Assembly: GCA_964016885.1 (NCBI GenBank)
Contig: OZ024757.1
Span: forward strand, 35,960,001-36,024,000
Source of the DNA: Eledone cirrhosa
Lineage: Eukaryota
Reading direction: 5' to 3'
DNA length: 64,000 bases
Shown here piece after piece: positions 63,160 to 64,000 of the stretch. Position 1 is the stretch's first letter; each line of letters starts with the position of its first letter. The position numbers and the translations under genes were made by a program. The notes beneath the pieces were generated by a model, which was not told where the DNA came from, searched no databases, and worked only from the letters and a program-made list of their open reading frames with translations.

Positions 63160-63640
63160 CAGAAGAAGGGAGGTAGGTGTAAAAGCCAAACTCACTCTCT
63201 TCAGTTCAGTATTCGTGCCAAGCCTTACCTATGGTCATGAATCTTGGGTAATGGCTGAAAAAATATGATCACAAATACAAGTGGACGTAATGTGGTTCCT
63301 CCGAAGGGTCTTTGGAGTAACGTTACTTGATAGAGTGTGTAGCTCGAATATCAAAGAGTCACCCCGGGTAGAGCCGCTACTTCTCCAAAGTATGGGTATG
63401 GAGTTAGAATGTCTCAGGAAAGAATTGCTGGACATATTTTATGGGCAAAACCAACTGGCAGGAGACCCAGGGGTAGACCCCGAGCAATGGTTGGATAACA
63501 TCCATGAGCTTGGCTGGTCTCACTCGGAGATCCAGGCGGATCAGTTGGAGACAGTTGCTTCTGACAGGACCTTCTGGAAGGAGTGTTTGAGGACTCTGCC
63601 CCCATGACCCTCTCAGGAATAAGTGGGAGAAGCAGGAGAA
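63160..63640 (+). mobile_element. RTE-clade LINE 3' fragment
   Basis: [16 protein letters not shown]...[10 protein letters not shown]; same family 3' end. Confidence 0.85.
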
Positions 63641-63645
63641 AAAAA

Positions 63646-63689
<44 letters not shown>

Positions 63690-64000
63690 CACCATCTTTT
63701 TCTCTGGCTGTTCTTCACTGTCTCTCACTGTGTGTATATCTCTCTGTCTCTCTCTTCCATCCCACCTTTCTCTCTCTCTCTCTCTCAGAGTTGCCATTAT
63801 CTACAACTTCTACTGAATTGACTGTGAAGATGCTGCAGCTAAGCACGTCCCCCCTCCCCCTCCACACGTGGGCAAATTCTGCCACCCCCCACCCCCTTCG
63901 TCCACCTTCTCTCATATGTTGACAAAACTGCTTTTTACATGTGAGCAAAAAGCTTCCCTCATGTGTTAACGGAACTGCTTTCACATGTAGGACAACGGAC

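Overview
AT-rich, microsatellite-dense animal genomic DNA. The SINE/RTE/MITE complement looks like a coleoid cephalopod such as Octopus (inference). The window holds the 3' part of one plus-strand spliced gene, a Vav-family Rho/Rac GEF. I traced 22 coding exons by GT-AG sites and phase from 967 to the stop at 59105 (632 codons: DH, PH, C1, nSH3, SH2, cSH3). The CH and acidic regions lie upstream of the window. Notable gene features: a pair of mutually exclusive exons in the nSH3-SH2 linker, a C1 domain lacking three of four ligands of one zinc site, 19- and 24-nt microexons, a candidate 21-nt PH-domain microexon and a triplicated splice acceptor. Introns contain a full-length decayed Hsmar2-like mariner, RTE LINE fragments, tRNA-derived SINEs, TTAA MITEs (one circularly permuted) and many minisatellites derived from TE pieces. 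There are also at least five sequence-unrelated minimal hammerhead-ribozyme motifs, mostly in inverted-repeat, Penelope pLTR-like elements next to (TA)n. Nearly all long ORFs in the track are repeat artefacts.
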